Below are positions 28,398-36,667 of a DNA stretch of 64,000 bases, one piece after another. Position 1 is the stretch's first letter, and the number at the start of each line of letters is the position of its first letter. The stretch is from positions 7,606 through 71,605 of the forward strand of contig JADLAK010000077.1 of the NCBI GenBank assembly GCA_020848275.1, read 5' to 3'. The notes under the pieces were generated by a model. That model did no database searches, had not been told where the DNA came from, and saw nothing but the letters and a program-made list of their open reading frames with translations. The DNA is from Planctomycetota bacterium. GTDB taxonomy: Bacteria; Planctomycetota; UBA8742; UBA2392. The translations under genes were made by a program, and so were the position numbers.

Positions 28398-31300
28398 GTG
28401 AAATCGCTGCTCGCGAGCGTGTTTTGTTTTGCCTTCGCCGGCACCCTGGCCTTTGCGCCAAGGCCGTCCGCCGCCACACATCAGGCCCCGCTGCCGATTG
28501 ACGACCCTGCGCCCGTTGTCGAATGGCCGCGCGTCACCGACGTTGTCTGGGAAGAACACGGCGATGGCGCCTCGGGCCGCTGGTTGCCCCTGACCACGAG
28601 CGCGGTCGAGGTTATCGAAGGCGAGCCGCCGCGCATGATGTTTGCGCGCGACAGTAAACTGCGCGAGATCGGCCCTGTCGCTGTGCTCGACGAACCCGCC
28701 GAGCGCGCGCTGGGCGTGCGCTGGGATTACCAGCGGCCCGCGCTTGCGGCGATTGCCGAGCTCGCCCCCGGCATTCCTCGCGCCAAAGCGACGCGAAGCT
28801 GGCCCTGGCCCGACCAGACCATGCTGGAGCTTGGCCGGCCCGCGATTCCGCTGTTGGCCGATGCCGCCGCGGCCAATCGTATTGTCGCGGCGTTTCACGA
28901 TGACGCGCTGGTGCGCATTGCGCTGCGCAAACTGCTGCCTGAGGTCAAACTCGTCGGCGGGCAGGCAGGCGAGGGCGGCCGCGCGGTGATGATGATTTCG
29001 CTGGGCGGGCGCTTTGAGGCCGTCGAAAACGCGGTGCGAGAAGCCGGGCTTAACACGGACGTTCTCAATGCGCTGCGCAATTACCACAACGACGCCAACG
29101 CGCTGCTAAGCCGCGCTCTAGGCGCGCTCAGCGCGGCGTGGCCGCCGGACCTCAACGACGCCGGGAGCTGGAGTGAGGCTGAGCGCGCGCTGATCGGCAA
29201 CCTCGGGCTCGCCGCCGAGCGCTCGCTGGCGCTGCTGGCGGAGGCCAAGCCCGAGTTCGCGGCCAAGGTGGACTGGATGCTTGGAGAAATCCGCAAGCGC
29301 GAGGCGCAAGTGGTGCTGCGGACGTTTTCCGCCAAGGCCGAGCGCACGTTCAACCTCGACGACCAGGTTTCGGTCGTGTTGTGCCGCCAGGAGTTCGACG
29401 CCGCATTGGCGATTTTGCGTGCCGAGGGTGCGCGGCTGGCGGCCTCGGCGGGGGCGGCAGACCGGCTGCGAGGCGGCGAATTGAGCGCGGCGCTCGACGA
29501 CTTCTCGCGCCTGTACATTCAATCGCTGCAAAGCGCCGGCGGCGCCGTCGCCAACAACCTCGAGCGCTACAAGCGCGACCTTGCGGCGGGGCGCAATACA
29601 CGTGACGCGCTGCTTGCCGAGCTTTGCGCACTGCCCGCCGCGCTGAGCAACCCTTTTGGCTTCTGCGACGAGCTTGCCTCTCGGCGCACGCGCGCCACAG
29701 CTCTGGCGTCGAAGTGCCGCTGGCACCAGTCGCAGATTGAGCGGCGCGAGGTTGACCCGGCGGCGGGTTTCGACCCCGTGCGCGGGATCAACCCGCTCAA
29801 TGGCGGCCGCGCCTGGGACGTGCAGCACCGCAGTGAGGACATTGCCGCTGTGATGGAGTTGCGCGCCGCCAACGCCGACGCTCCGGTGCCCATTGCGCTG
29901 GAAGCGGGGCGCGCCTACGAGTTCAGTTACCGCGTCAAGGCGATCAACACCGCCGACGGCAAACGCGGCAACGCGCTTTCGGCGCAGGCGGCATGGATCG
30001 AGTTCATCCCGCTGGACGAACGCGGGCTGCCGGTTTTCGACCTGATTCACCCGCGCGCCGATATCGAGCCGGCCCCGTTTCGCTACTCGCGCAGCGGCCA
30101 ATGGACCGCGCCGCCGCACCTGGCTACTGATGGAGAGCCCGGCGGCTGGCTGAAGGTGCGTGTGGGGATTCCCGCGGTGCCGCGCAGCGTCACGGGGTTC
30201 ACGCTGCGCGTGGTGGTGGAGAACATCGTCGATGAGGGTGCGGTCTACTTCGACGACCTGGTGTTGAAGCGCGTGGCCGAGGGGTTTGCCGACAGCTTTG
30301 AAAGCGGCGAGGTTGACTCGCCGAATTGGACGCGGCTGGTCGACCGCGAGCGCGGCTACATGCCCTACGTGGGTTTGACGTTTGACGCCGGCCAACGCGT
30401 CGAGGGCGAGCGCAGCCTGTGCGTGCGGCCGCAAGGATTCAACTTCCAGATGACGACGGCGCGGACATTCACGCTGGCGGCTAACCGCGATTACGTGCTT
30501 GAGGGCGCGCTGCGTTGCGCCGCAATGGAGTCGCTGCGCGCGCGGCTGGAGATCGTCGGGCTGGACGGCAAAGCGATGCTGACGACCCCGTGGCGCGGCG
30601 ACATGGAATGGACCAGTGAGTGGCTCGACCTTTCCCATCTGGCGGCTGCCGGCGCCGACAGCGTGCGCGTGCGCCTGAATGTGTGGGGCCCGAGGCCGGC
30701 CTACAACGCGGCGGTGTGGGTCGACGCTCTGCGCATTGTTGAAACGCCGGCGCTGCGCTGGTCGCTCGACGATAAGCAGGGCGCCCCGCGCTTTTGCGTC
30801 GTCGAGCCGGGCAGGCGCTCGGCGTTGCGCCTGTGGTTCAAAGGTCTGCCGCGCGCGGCCTGCCGTTGCGAAGTGCAAGCAGGGGACCTGCCCGCGATCG
30901 CGGAAACCCTGGCGATCAAAGACGGCGAAGCGACGATGACGCCGCTTGACCTTGGGCCAGGCCTGGGGCTACGAACCGTGCGCGTGACGCTGACGCAGGA
31001 GGATCGCACCGAGCCGTTGCTTAAGCGGGACCTGCAACTGGCGCTGATATGCGCGGGCGGCAGTAGCGGCCTTGTGCTCGACAGCCGCTGGAACAACGCG
31101 GCGCTGGCGGAATTTGCGGGCGCGCTGCAGCCGCAATGGGTGATGTGCGAGTTGTGGGAGAGCGGCGGGCCGGGCCGGTTCACGACGGAGACGCGGATCG
31201 CCGAGGCGTTGCGGAAATCGTCGGCGCACAAGGTTGCGGTGCTGAACGTGCTGCCAGACGTCGAGGACGTCGGCGCGCCGATGGTCGAGTTATGCGCCGG

Positions 31301-32924
31301 GCGCGATGCACGCAAGCTGGCGCAGAATCTTTCCGCCGTCGTGAAAGCCTGCGACGGCGGCGCACAGGCCTTCCAGCTTGGCCCATGCTTCGGCCCGCAG
31401 GCCGCGGGCGTACCCGGCAACGGGCTGCCCGAATTGCTGAAAACCTTCCGCCGGGCGTTGCAGGAAGGCGGCGCGCCGGGCGCGGTGCAGGTGATTGCGC
31501 TGCCGCCGCAGGGGCTTGAGGGTTTTGCGCGCCTGTTTGCGGGCCGATGGGCCGAGGCCGTGCGCGCTGACGCGAGTTTACGCCGGGCGCTGAGCGCCGA
31601 CGAACTTGAGAAGCTGGCTGCGCTGGCGCCGGGGGCGATTTTTCTGCGCGAAGACGAACGCCTGAACCTCTGCGTGCCGCGGGCCGTCAGTGCCGCGGAT
31701 ATGGCGTTGGCGCTGGGCCCCTGGGCGGCGCGCATCGGCAGCTTCGAGCATCCGCTGGGCCGCGAAAACCTGCGCGAGCACGCGCTGGCGATGATCGCGG
31801 GCGGCGCGTTTGCCGGCGACGTCTCGCGGCAATTCGTGACTCTGCAATGCGGCGGCGACGTCGCGGACAAGCGCCTGCGCCTGGCGGCGCTTGGCTTTGG
31901 CACGGTGCTTTGCGAACACCGCAGCGACAGCGAAGACATCGGCGCGCTGATTGCGTGGCGCACGGCTGACCGCTTTTGCGCCGAAACCACGCCCGTGGTG
32001 GTGCACGGCCTGCCGGCTGAGGTCGGGGTCTGCGCGTTGCGCGGCAATGACGGCCTGCGGCTGGCGCTCACCGGCCGCGGTCGGCAAGTGTTGCCGCTGG
32101 GCAATGGCGTGCGCGCGCTCGATTTCGCCGGCAATGAAACGGCGTGCGCCGACGATGGCGCGGGCAACGTGACCGTCGAACTCAGCGATCAGCCGCTGAT
32201 GCTGCTGGGCGTTGACGGCGCGTTGATCGAGACGCTCGAGACCGTTGCGTGTACGCCCGCGCTGCGGGCCGAAACCCGCGCGCAGGAGCTGACGCTGTCG
32301 TTGCAAAATCGCTTCGGGGCCGCGCTCGACGTCACGGTGGAAGTGCTCTTGGCGGGCGAGATGGCCGAGCGGGCAAAGCTGACTGACGCCAAGGGCCGCC
32401 CGGCTCGCACCGGCGCCGCGGCGCTGAAGCTTGGCGCGGCCACGCTCAAGCCCGGCGCGTCGGGCGAATTCAAGCTGACGCTGCGGCCGCTGCCGGATTT
32501 CCCGGTGCACGGCGGCGCGCTTGCGCTGCGGCTGACGATGGCGGCGGGCGCGCGCCGCTACGTGATATTGCGCGAGATCGCGCCGACGGTGAACGCCGAA
32601 ATTCGCATCACCGACGTCAAGCTGGTCGCGGGCGCCACAGGCTATGAAGTCGTGATCACGGCGCAAAACGCAACGGCCGAAAGCGCCGACGTGCAGGTTG
32701 CCCTCGTCGTCAAGGGCCATCGCGGCCTGGCAAGACAAGCACGCCTGAAGCTGCGGGCCAACGCCTCGGGGGAAGTGCGGCTGGCTTGGCCCACGGGACC
32801 GGCCGGGCGAGCGACGGGCGCGGACGTGGATGTCGGGCTGTCGCAGTCGCCGGGTTTTCGCTTCGACAACGCCCGGTTGCGGCTGGGCGAAGACGCCGCG
32901 AACCTGGCCATCGCGCCTCGATAG
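28398..32924 (+). CDS. Large (about 1500 aa) exported hypothetical protein with CBM-like beta-sandwich segments
   Basis: Long GC3-rich ORF. Signal-like N-terminus from GTG 28398. CBM-like stretches (GRAYEFSYRVK, YFDDLVLKR, WVDALRIVE). Confidence 0.7.
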   Translation: MKSLLASVFCFAFAGTLAFAPRPSAATHQAPLPIDDPAPVVEWPRVTDVVWEEHGDGASGRWLPLTTSAVEVIEGEPPRMMFARDSKLREIGPVAVLDEPAERALGVRWDYQRPALAAIAELAPGIPRAKATRSWPWPDQTMLELGRPAIPLLADAAAANRIVAAFHDDALVRIALRKLLPEVKLVGGQAGEGGRAVMMISLGGRFEAVENAVREAGLNTDVLNALRNYHNDANALLSRALGALSAAWPPDLNDAGSWSEAERALIGNLGLAAERSLALLAEAKPEFAAKVDWMLGEIRKREAQVVLRTFSAKAERTFNLDDQVSVVLCRQEFDAALAILRAEGARLAASAGAADRLRGGELSAALDDFSRLYIQSLQSAGGAVANNLERYKRDLAAGRNTRDALLAELCALPAALSNPFGFCDELASRRTRATALASKCRWHQSQIERREVDPAAGFDPVRGINPLNGGRAWDVQHRSEDIAAVMELRAANADAPVPIALEAGRAYEFSYRVKAINTADGKRGNALSAQAAWIEFIPLDERGLPVFDLIHPRADIEPAPFRYSRSGQWTAPPHLATDGEPGGWLKVRVGIPAVPRSVTGFTLRVVVENIVDEGAVYFDDLVLKRVAEGFADSFESGEVDSPNWTRLVDRERGYMPYVGLTFDAGQRVEGERSLCVRPQGFNFQMTTARTFTLAANRDYVLEGALRCAAMESLRARLEIVGLDGKAMLTTPWRGDMEWTSEWLDLSHLAAAGADSVRVRLNVWGPRPAYNAAVWVDALRIVETPALRWSLDDKQGAPRFCVVEPGRRSALRLWFKGLPRAACRCEVQAGDLPAIAETLAIKDGEATMTPLDLGPGLGLRTVRVTLTQEDRTEPLLKRDLQLALICAGGSSGLVLDSRWNNAALAEFAGALQPQWVMCELWESGGPGRFTTETRIAEALRKSSAHKVAVLNVLPDVEDVGAPMVELCAGRDARKLAQNLSAVVKACDGGAQAFQLGPCFGPQAAGVPGNGLPELLKTFRRALQEGGAPGAVQVIALPPQGLEGFARLFAGRWAEAVRADASLRRALSADELEKLAALAPGAIFLREDERLNLCVPRAVSAADMALALGPWAARIGSFEHPLGRENLREHALAMIAGGAFAGDVSRQFVTLQCGGDVADKRLRLAALGFGTVLCEHRSDSEDIGALIAWRTADRFCAETTPVVVHGLPAEVGVCALRGNDGLRLALTGRGRQVLPLGNGVRALDFAGNETACADDGAGNVTVELSDQPLMLLGVDGALIETLETVACTPALRAETRAQELTLSLQNRFGAALDVTVEVLLAGEMAERAKLTDAKGRPARTGAAALKLGAATLKPGASGEFKLTLRPLPDFPVHGGALALRLTMAAGARRYVILREIAPTVNAEIRITDVKLVAGATGYEVVITAQNATAESADVQVALVVKGHRGLARQARLKLRANASGEVRLAWPTGPAGRATGADVDVGLSQSPGFRFDNARLRLGEDAANLAIAPR

Positions 32925-32967
32925 CGCTATGCAACGCGCCCGCCAGACTGCACACTATTAGCTGGGC

Positions 32968-34599
32968 ATGTCGCTTAAGATGAAAATTGCGCTGGGTGTG
33001 CTCGCCGCCACGGCCATTCTGGCCGTGGCGCTGGTGCTGCTTGGCGTGGACGCGAGCCAGCGCCTGAACCAAGCCGCGGAGTTGCAGCGCACTCGCCTGG
33101 AAACAGCAGCGCGAGCCCAGCGCGAGAAAATCGCCGAACAATTCAGCAAGGTCAGCGAAGAAACCCAGGCGCGGTCGATCAAGGCCGTCGAGGACCTGAT
33201 CCTGGCCTGGGTCAACCGCTACGCGGGTTATCCCAAAATCGACCTCGCCAACGCCCTGCGCGACGAAGGTAACGGCCTGCGCGAGGCGGCGATCATCGAC
33301 CGCAACGCCGACAACACCCTGTACATCCAGGTCTGCAAGGGTCCGAGCTCCGAGCTGGTGCTCGGCCGCGACGAACTCGCGGTCGCCACGCGCGTGTTTG
33401 ACACCGGCAAGCGCGAATTCCTGGGTGACCAGCTCTACCTGCCCTATTCGCCGGAAACCGACCAAATCGGCCGCCCCAAGACGATTTTGCGCCTGACGCT
33501 GAATATCCCGCAGATGCAGCGCGTCGAGCTGCCGGCGCCCGACGTGCCGCAGGCGATCTCGGCGGACCTGCGCCCGTTGGCGATCATCTCGTTCATCACA
33601 CTGGCGATCTGCATGCTCGCGGTGTTTTTGCTGCTGACCACGGCGTTGCGCAGGCTGGTGTTCCGGCCGTTGGATGACGTGCTCGAAAACTCCAAGCGCA
33701 TCGTCACGGGCAGCGAAGGCCTCGAGATCAAGGGCCTGGTGCAGGGCAGCGACGACATCGAGACGCTGGTGGCGGCCTTCAACGCGATGTTCAACGAACT
33801 CAAGGAATACCAGGCCGACCTCGAGGGCAAGGTCAAGAACGCCACGCGCACCATCGAACGTCAGCAGCAATCGCTGGTCGTCGCCCAGCGGCTGGCCGCG
33901 ACAGGCACGCTTGCGGCGGGGCTGGCGCACGAGATCAACAACCCGCTGTCGGGCATGCTGAATGCGGCGCGCAGGCTGAAGGCGCGCGAGGGCCTGGATG
34001 AACGCGCCAAGGATTACGTTGAGTTGATCGAGGATGGCCTGCGCCGCATCGAGGAACTGATGAAGCAGATCCTCGATTTCTCGCGCCGGCGCGAAATGAA
34101 GCCCGAACGTTTCGAGGCTGAACGCGTGGTCAAGCGTTCGCTGCCGCTGGTGCGCCACCGTCTCGAGAAGCGCGGGCTCAAGCTTGAGGAAGACCTGCGC
34201 CCCGAAGTGCCGATGATCTACGGCAACGAAGAAGAGCTTTCACAGGTGGTGATGAACCTGCTCATCAATGCGGCCGACGCGGCGCCCGACGGCGGCACCG
34301 TGCGCGTGGTCGTTTCGCCGGGCCCTCACGGCGGCGTTGAGATCGCGGTGGAGGACAGCGGCACGGGCGTTCCCGACGATTTGCGCGAGCGCATCTTCGA
34401 CCCGTTTTTTACCACTAAGGAGCCCGGCAAGGGCACGGGCCTGGGGCTTGCGATTGTGTTGACCATCGTCAGCAACCACGGCGGCACGGTGCGCGTCGAG
34501 CGCAGCGAGAAACTCGGCGGTGCGCGTTTTGTGATCGACCTGCCGTCGGCCGAACGCAGCGAAACCACACGACGCCTGGCGAGGCAGGACATCCAGTAA
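32968..34599 (+). CDS. Two-component sensor histidine kinase (TM-sensor-TM-HAMP-HisKA-HATPase)
   Basis: LAAGLAHEINNPL, QVVMNLLINAADA, EDSGTGVP, FDPFFTTK and GTGLGL. Confidence 0.93.
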   Translation: MSLKMKIALGVLAATAILAVALVLLGVDASQRLNQAAELQRTRLETAARAQREKIAEQFSKVSEETQARSIKAVEDLILAWVNRYAGYPKIDLANALRDEGNGLREAAIIDRNADNTLYIQVCKGPSSELVLGRDELAVATRVFDTGKREFLGDQLYLPYSPETDQIGRPKTILRLTLNIPQMQRVELPAPDVPQAISADLRPLAIISFITLAICMLAVFLLLTTALRRLVFRPLDDVLENSKRIVTGSEGLEIKGLVQGSDDIETLVAAFNAMFNELKEYQADLEGKVKNATRTIERQQQSLVVAQRLAATGTLAAGLAHEINNPLSGMLNAARRLKAREGLDERAKDYVELIEDGLRRIEELMKQILDFSRRREMKPERFEAERVVKRSLPLVRHRLEKRGLKLEEDLRPEVPMIYGNEEELSQVVMNLLINAADAAPDGGTVRVVVSPGPHGGVEIAVEDSGTGVPDDLRERIFDPFFTTKEPGKGTGLGLAIVLTIVSNHGGTVRVERSEKLGGARFVIDLPSAERSETTRRLARQDIQ

Positions 34600-34630
34600 A
34601 ACAAAGGGCGGCCATGCTTGGCCGCCCTTC
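34600..34630. terminator. Probable bidirectional terminator
   Basis: 11-bp stem AAGGGCGGCCA/TGGCCGCCCTT between convergent genes. Confidence 0.7.
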
Positions 34631-34657
34631 GATAAATGGTCGTTGCGAGCACCCGGA

Positions 34658-35023
34658 TTAATAGTCGACAGGCACTTCCTCGAACTTGGTCACGCCATGG
34701 CCGCTGTCCTTCAGGGCTTTCTCGACGGCTTCCTGGGTCATCTCACTGCGGCGCTTCATTGTGATAGTCGCAATTTTGCCGTCGATGGTCACGTCGGACA
34801 CGCCCGCGATGGTCTTGAGCAGGTCCTCGACTTTCTTGATCGTGTCGGCGTCTTTCATCTCGCCGGAAATCTCGATGCTGTAAACGCGCGACGGCTGCGG
34901 GCGGCAACAGGCGCAGATCAGGCCGGTCTGGGCTTCACCGCCGGTGACGGCCGGGAACGCCGAGAGGCTCTGGGTTCCAAGAATCGCAAAAGCAAACATT
35001 GCGGCGAAGAAGGTGTTGCGCAT
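34658..35023 (-). CDS. Exported HMA-fold protein lacking the canonical CxxC
   Basis: Signal peptide. YSIEISGEMKDADTIKKVEDLLKTIAGVSDV aligns to the HMA fold with MxCxxC replaced by MKDADT. A CACC motif precedes the domain. Confidence 0.7.
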   Translation of the reverse strand: MRNTFFAAMFAFAILGTQSLSAFPAVTGGEAQTGLICACCRPQPSRVYSIEISGEMKDADTIKKVEDLLKTIAGVSDVTIDGKIATITMKRRSEMTQEAVEKALKDSGHGVTKFEEVPVDY

Positions 35024-35312
35024 GACAATCCTTTCTTTGAGCATTTTCAGCTTGTTGTAGCGGATCTTGCTTGCGGCGAGCGTCGCATCTCTGCGTCAGC
35101 CTCACTTTGCGTGGCTTTCAGCCACGCGGTCGTTCGGCTTTCTTGACCTGATCGCTCGGCGCGGCGCAATATCGCGCTCCATCAATGCTTCAAAAGCTCT
35201 TTTCGGGGCGGGCTTTTCGGCGCTCTTGTCACGCTGGACTCGCGTGGCCCCTACTAGTTTGGCGGCAAAATTACCGCTGCAAACTAGACGCGCGTTGCGC
35301 CCGCCGGTTCCG

Positions 35313-35346
35313 AAAAAACGAAGCGGGACGGCGTTAGCCGTCCCGC
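35313..35346 (-). terminator. Rho-independent terminator after the Cys-rich HMA gene
   Basis: 10-bp stem GCGGGACGGC/GCCGTCCCGC. An A-run on the + strand gives a U-tract on the - strand. Confidence 0.8.
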
Positions 35347-35366
35347 GAAATCGTTTGAACGTTGAA

Positions 35367-36005
35367 TTAGTTGCTGGCCTTCTTGCCGCAGCCTTCGCAC
35401 TCCTTCTTCGGAGTTTCAGCGGAGGCTTCCTTCTTGGGCTCTTCCTTCTTTTCCTCGACCTTGACGACCTTGTCGCAGGAAGTCACGCCGAAGTCGGTAC
35501 CCTTGAGGGCCGTTTCGATGGCCGCCTTGTCGATGGTCTTGCCTTCGTTCATGGTGATGGTGACGGTGCCTTTTTCGACGTCCACGGCAACGTTGGCGAC
35601 GCCGTCGATCTTCTTGATCTTGGCCGCAACGCTCTTTCCGCAGCCGGCGCAGCACATCTCGGTGACAACAACGGTGTAGACGTCACCGGTCTTGGTTTCA
35701 GCTTTCACTTCCTTCTTGGCTTCGCAGCCCTTGCAGCCTGCACAATTCTTGCTGCCGCAGCCCTCACAGCCGCCAACGGTGCCTGCTTCCTTGGCGCCGG
35801 CGTCCTTGGTCTTGGTGCAGGTGCCGCCGCCACAACCGCCGCAGCCGCCACCACCGCACCCGCCGTCGTCCGCCTTGGTCGCGGCCTTCTTTTCGGTGCT
35901 TGCGCCGCAAGCGCGCTTACAGCCGCAACTGCCGGCAAACGCATCGCTGCCCATGAGCGCGGCGCCGGCAAACATCAGGAGAAACACAAAGAAAGTTGAG
36001 CGCAT
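35367..36005 (-). CDS. Exported HMA-domain protein with Cys/Gly-rich metallothionein-like N-terminal region
   Basis: Signal peptide, multiple CxC/CxxC clusters, YTVVVTEMCCAGCGKSVAAKIKKIDGVANV and C-terminal CEGC. Confidence 0.85.
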   Translation of the reverse strand: MRSTFFVFLLMFAGAALMGSDAFAGSCGCKRACGASTEKKAATKADDGGCGGGGCGGCGGGTCTKTKDAGAKEAGTVGGCEGCGSKNCAGCKGCEAKKEVKAETKTGDVYTVVVTEMCCAGCGKSVAAKIKKIDGVANVAVDVEKGTVTITMNEGKTIDKAAIETALKGTDFGVTSCDKVVKVEEKKEEPKKEASAETPKKECEGCGKKASN

Positions 36006-36188
36006 CTGCTATTCCCTTTTGGGTGGTTGAATGCTGGTTAGAACGAAAACCTTATCACGGTATGTATCTTTAGTGGAGCAGCTCGGTGCAAGATTACCGA
36101 CTATTTGCGGCGATGAAATCGACCCTGCAACCATCTATCAGATAAGCACTTACAGATGATTAGGTCTGCCTCAGCCTATCCCCGTTGT

Positions 36189-36629
36189 TCAACCCTTTGG
36201 TGGAGGTTGAGCAGCCTCTGGTTTTTCCTTTGTGGGCTCTTTCTTGGCCTCTTCCTTGACCTGCTCAAAGGACGTGACGCTGAGGCCGTCTTTGGAGTTC
36301 TTCACGGCTGTCTCTACGACCTCTTTGGTCAATGTCTTTCCGGGCTTGGTGACGATCACCGCGGTTTTGTCTTTCAATGTGACAACTACGCTGTTCACGC
36401 CATCCAGGCTGGTAAGGGCGGTCTTGGCCGCCTTGACTCACATACCTCAGGACATCCCGTCAATGATGACCTTGTAGGTTGTTGGCGCCGCCGCACCATC
36501 CGCTTTGGCAGTTTCAGGTTTGTCGGTCGCCTTTGGGTCACTTGCGGCGTCGCCGGCAAAAGCGACGTTAGCCCCGAGGAGAGCGATACCTAACGCGAGG
36601 ATAAAGATGAACTTCAGAAACGATGCCAT
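36189..36629 (-). CDS. Exported HMA-domain putative selenoprotein with two in-frame TGA (GMS-U-GM-U), 146 aa
   Basis: ORF-track fragments 36447-36629 and 36189-36398 are in one frame. Joined they read YKVIIDGMS*GM*VKAAKTALTSLDGVNSVVV, an HMA domain with TGA (36447-36449, 36438-36440) at both Cys positions. GGAGA RBS, signal peptide. Confidence 0.88.
36396..36434 (-). promoter_or_regulatory. Candidate bacterial SECIS hairpin pair
   Basis: mRNA after the UGAs: AAGGCGG-CCAAGA-CCGCC(C)UU, then CA-GCC-UGGAU-GGC-(G)UG. Confidence 0.55.
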
Positions 36630-36667
36630 GAGTTTTCTCCAACCGGTCTAACGTTAGAAACGAGGGG

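Noticed and set aside
36040-36110. Second MerR-type promoter upstream of the Cys-rich HMA gene (TTGCAC plus short GAGC-T-GCTC dyad)
   Set aside because: The dyad is only 4 bp and does not match the mer operator, and there is no convincing -10.
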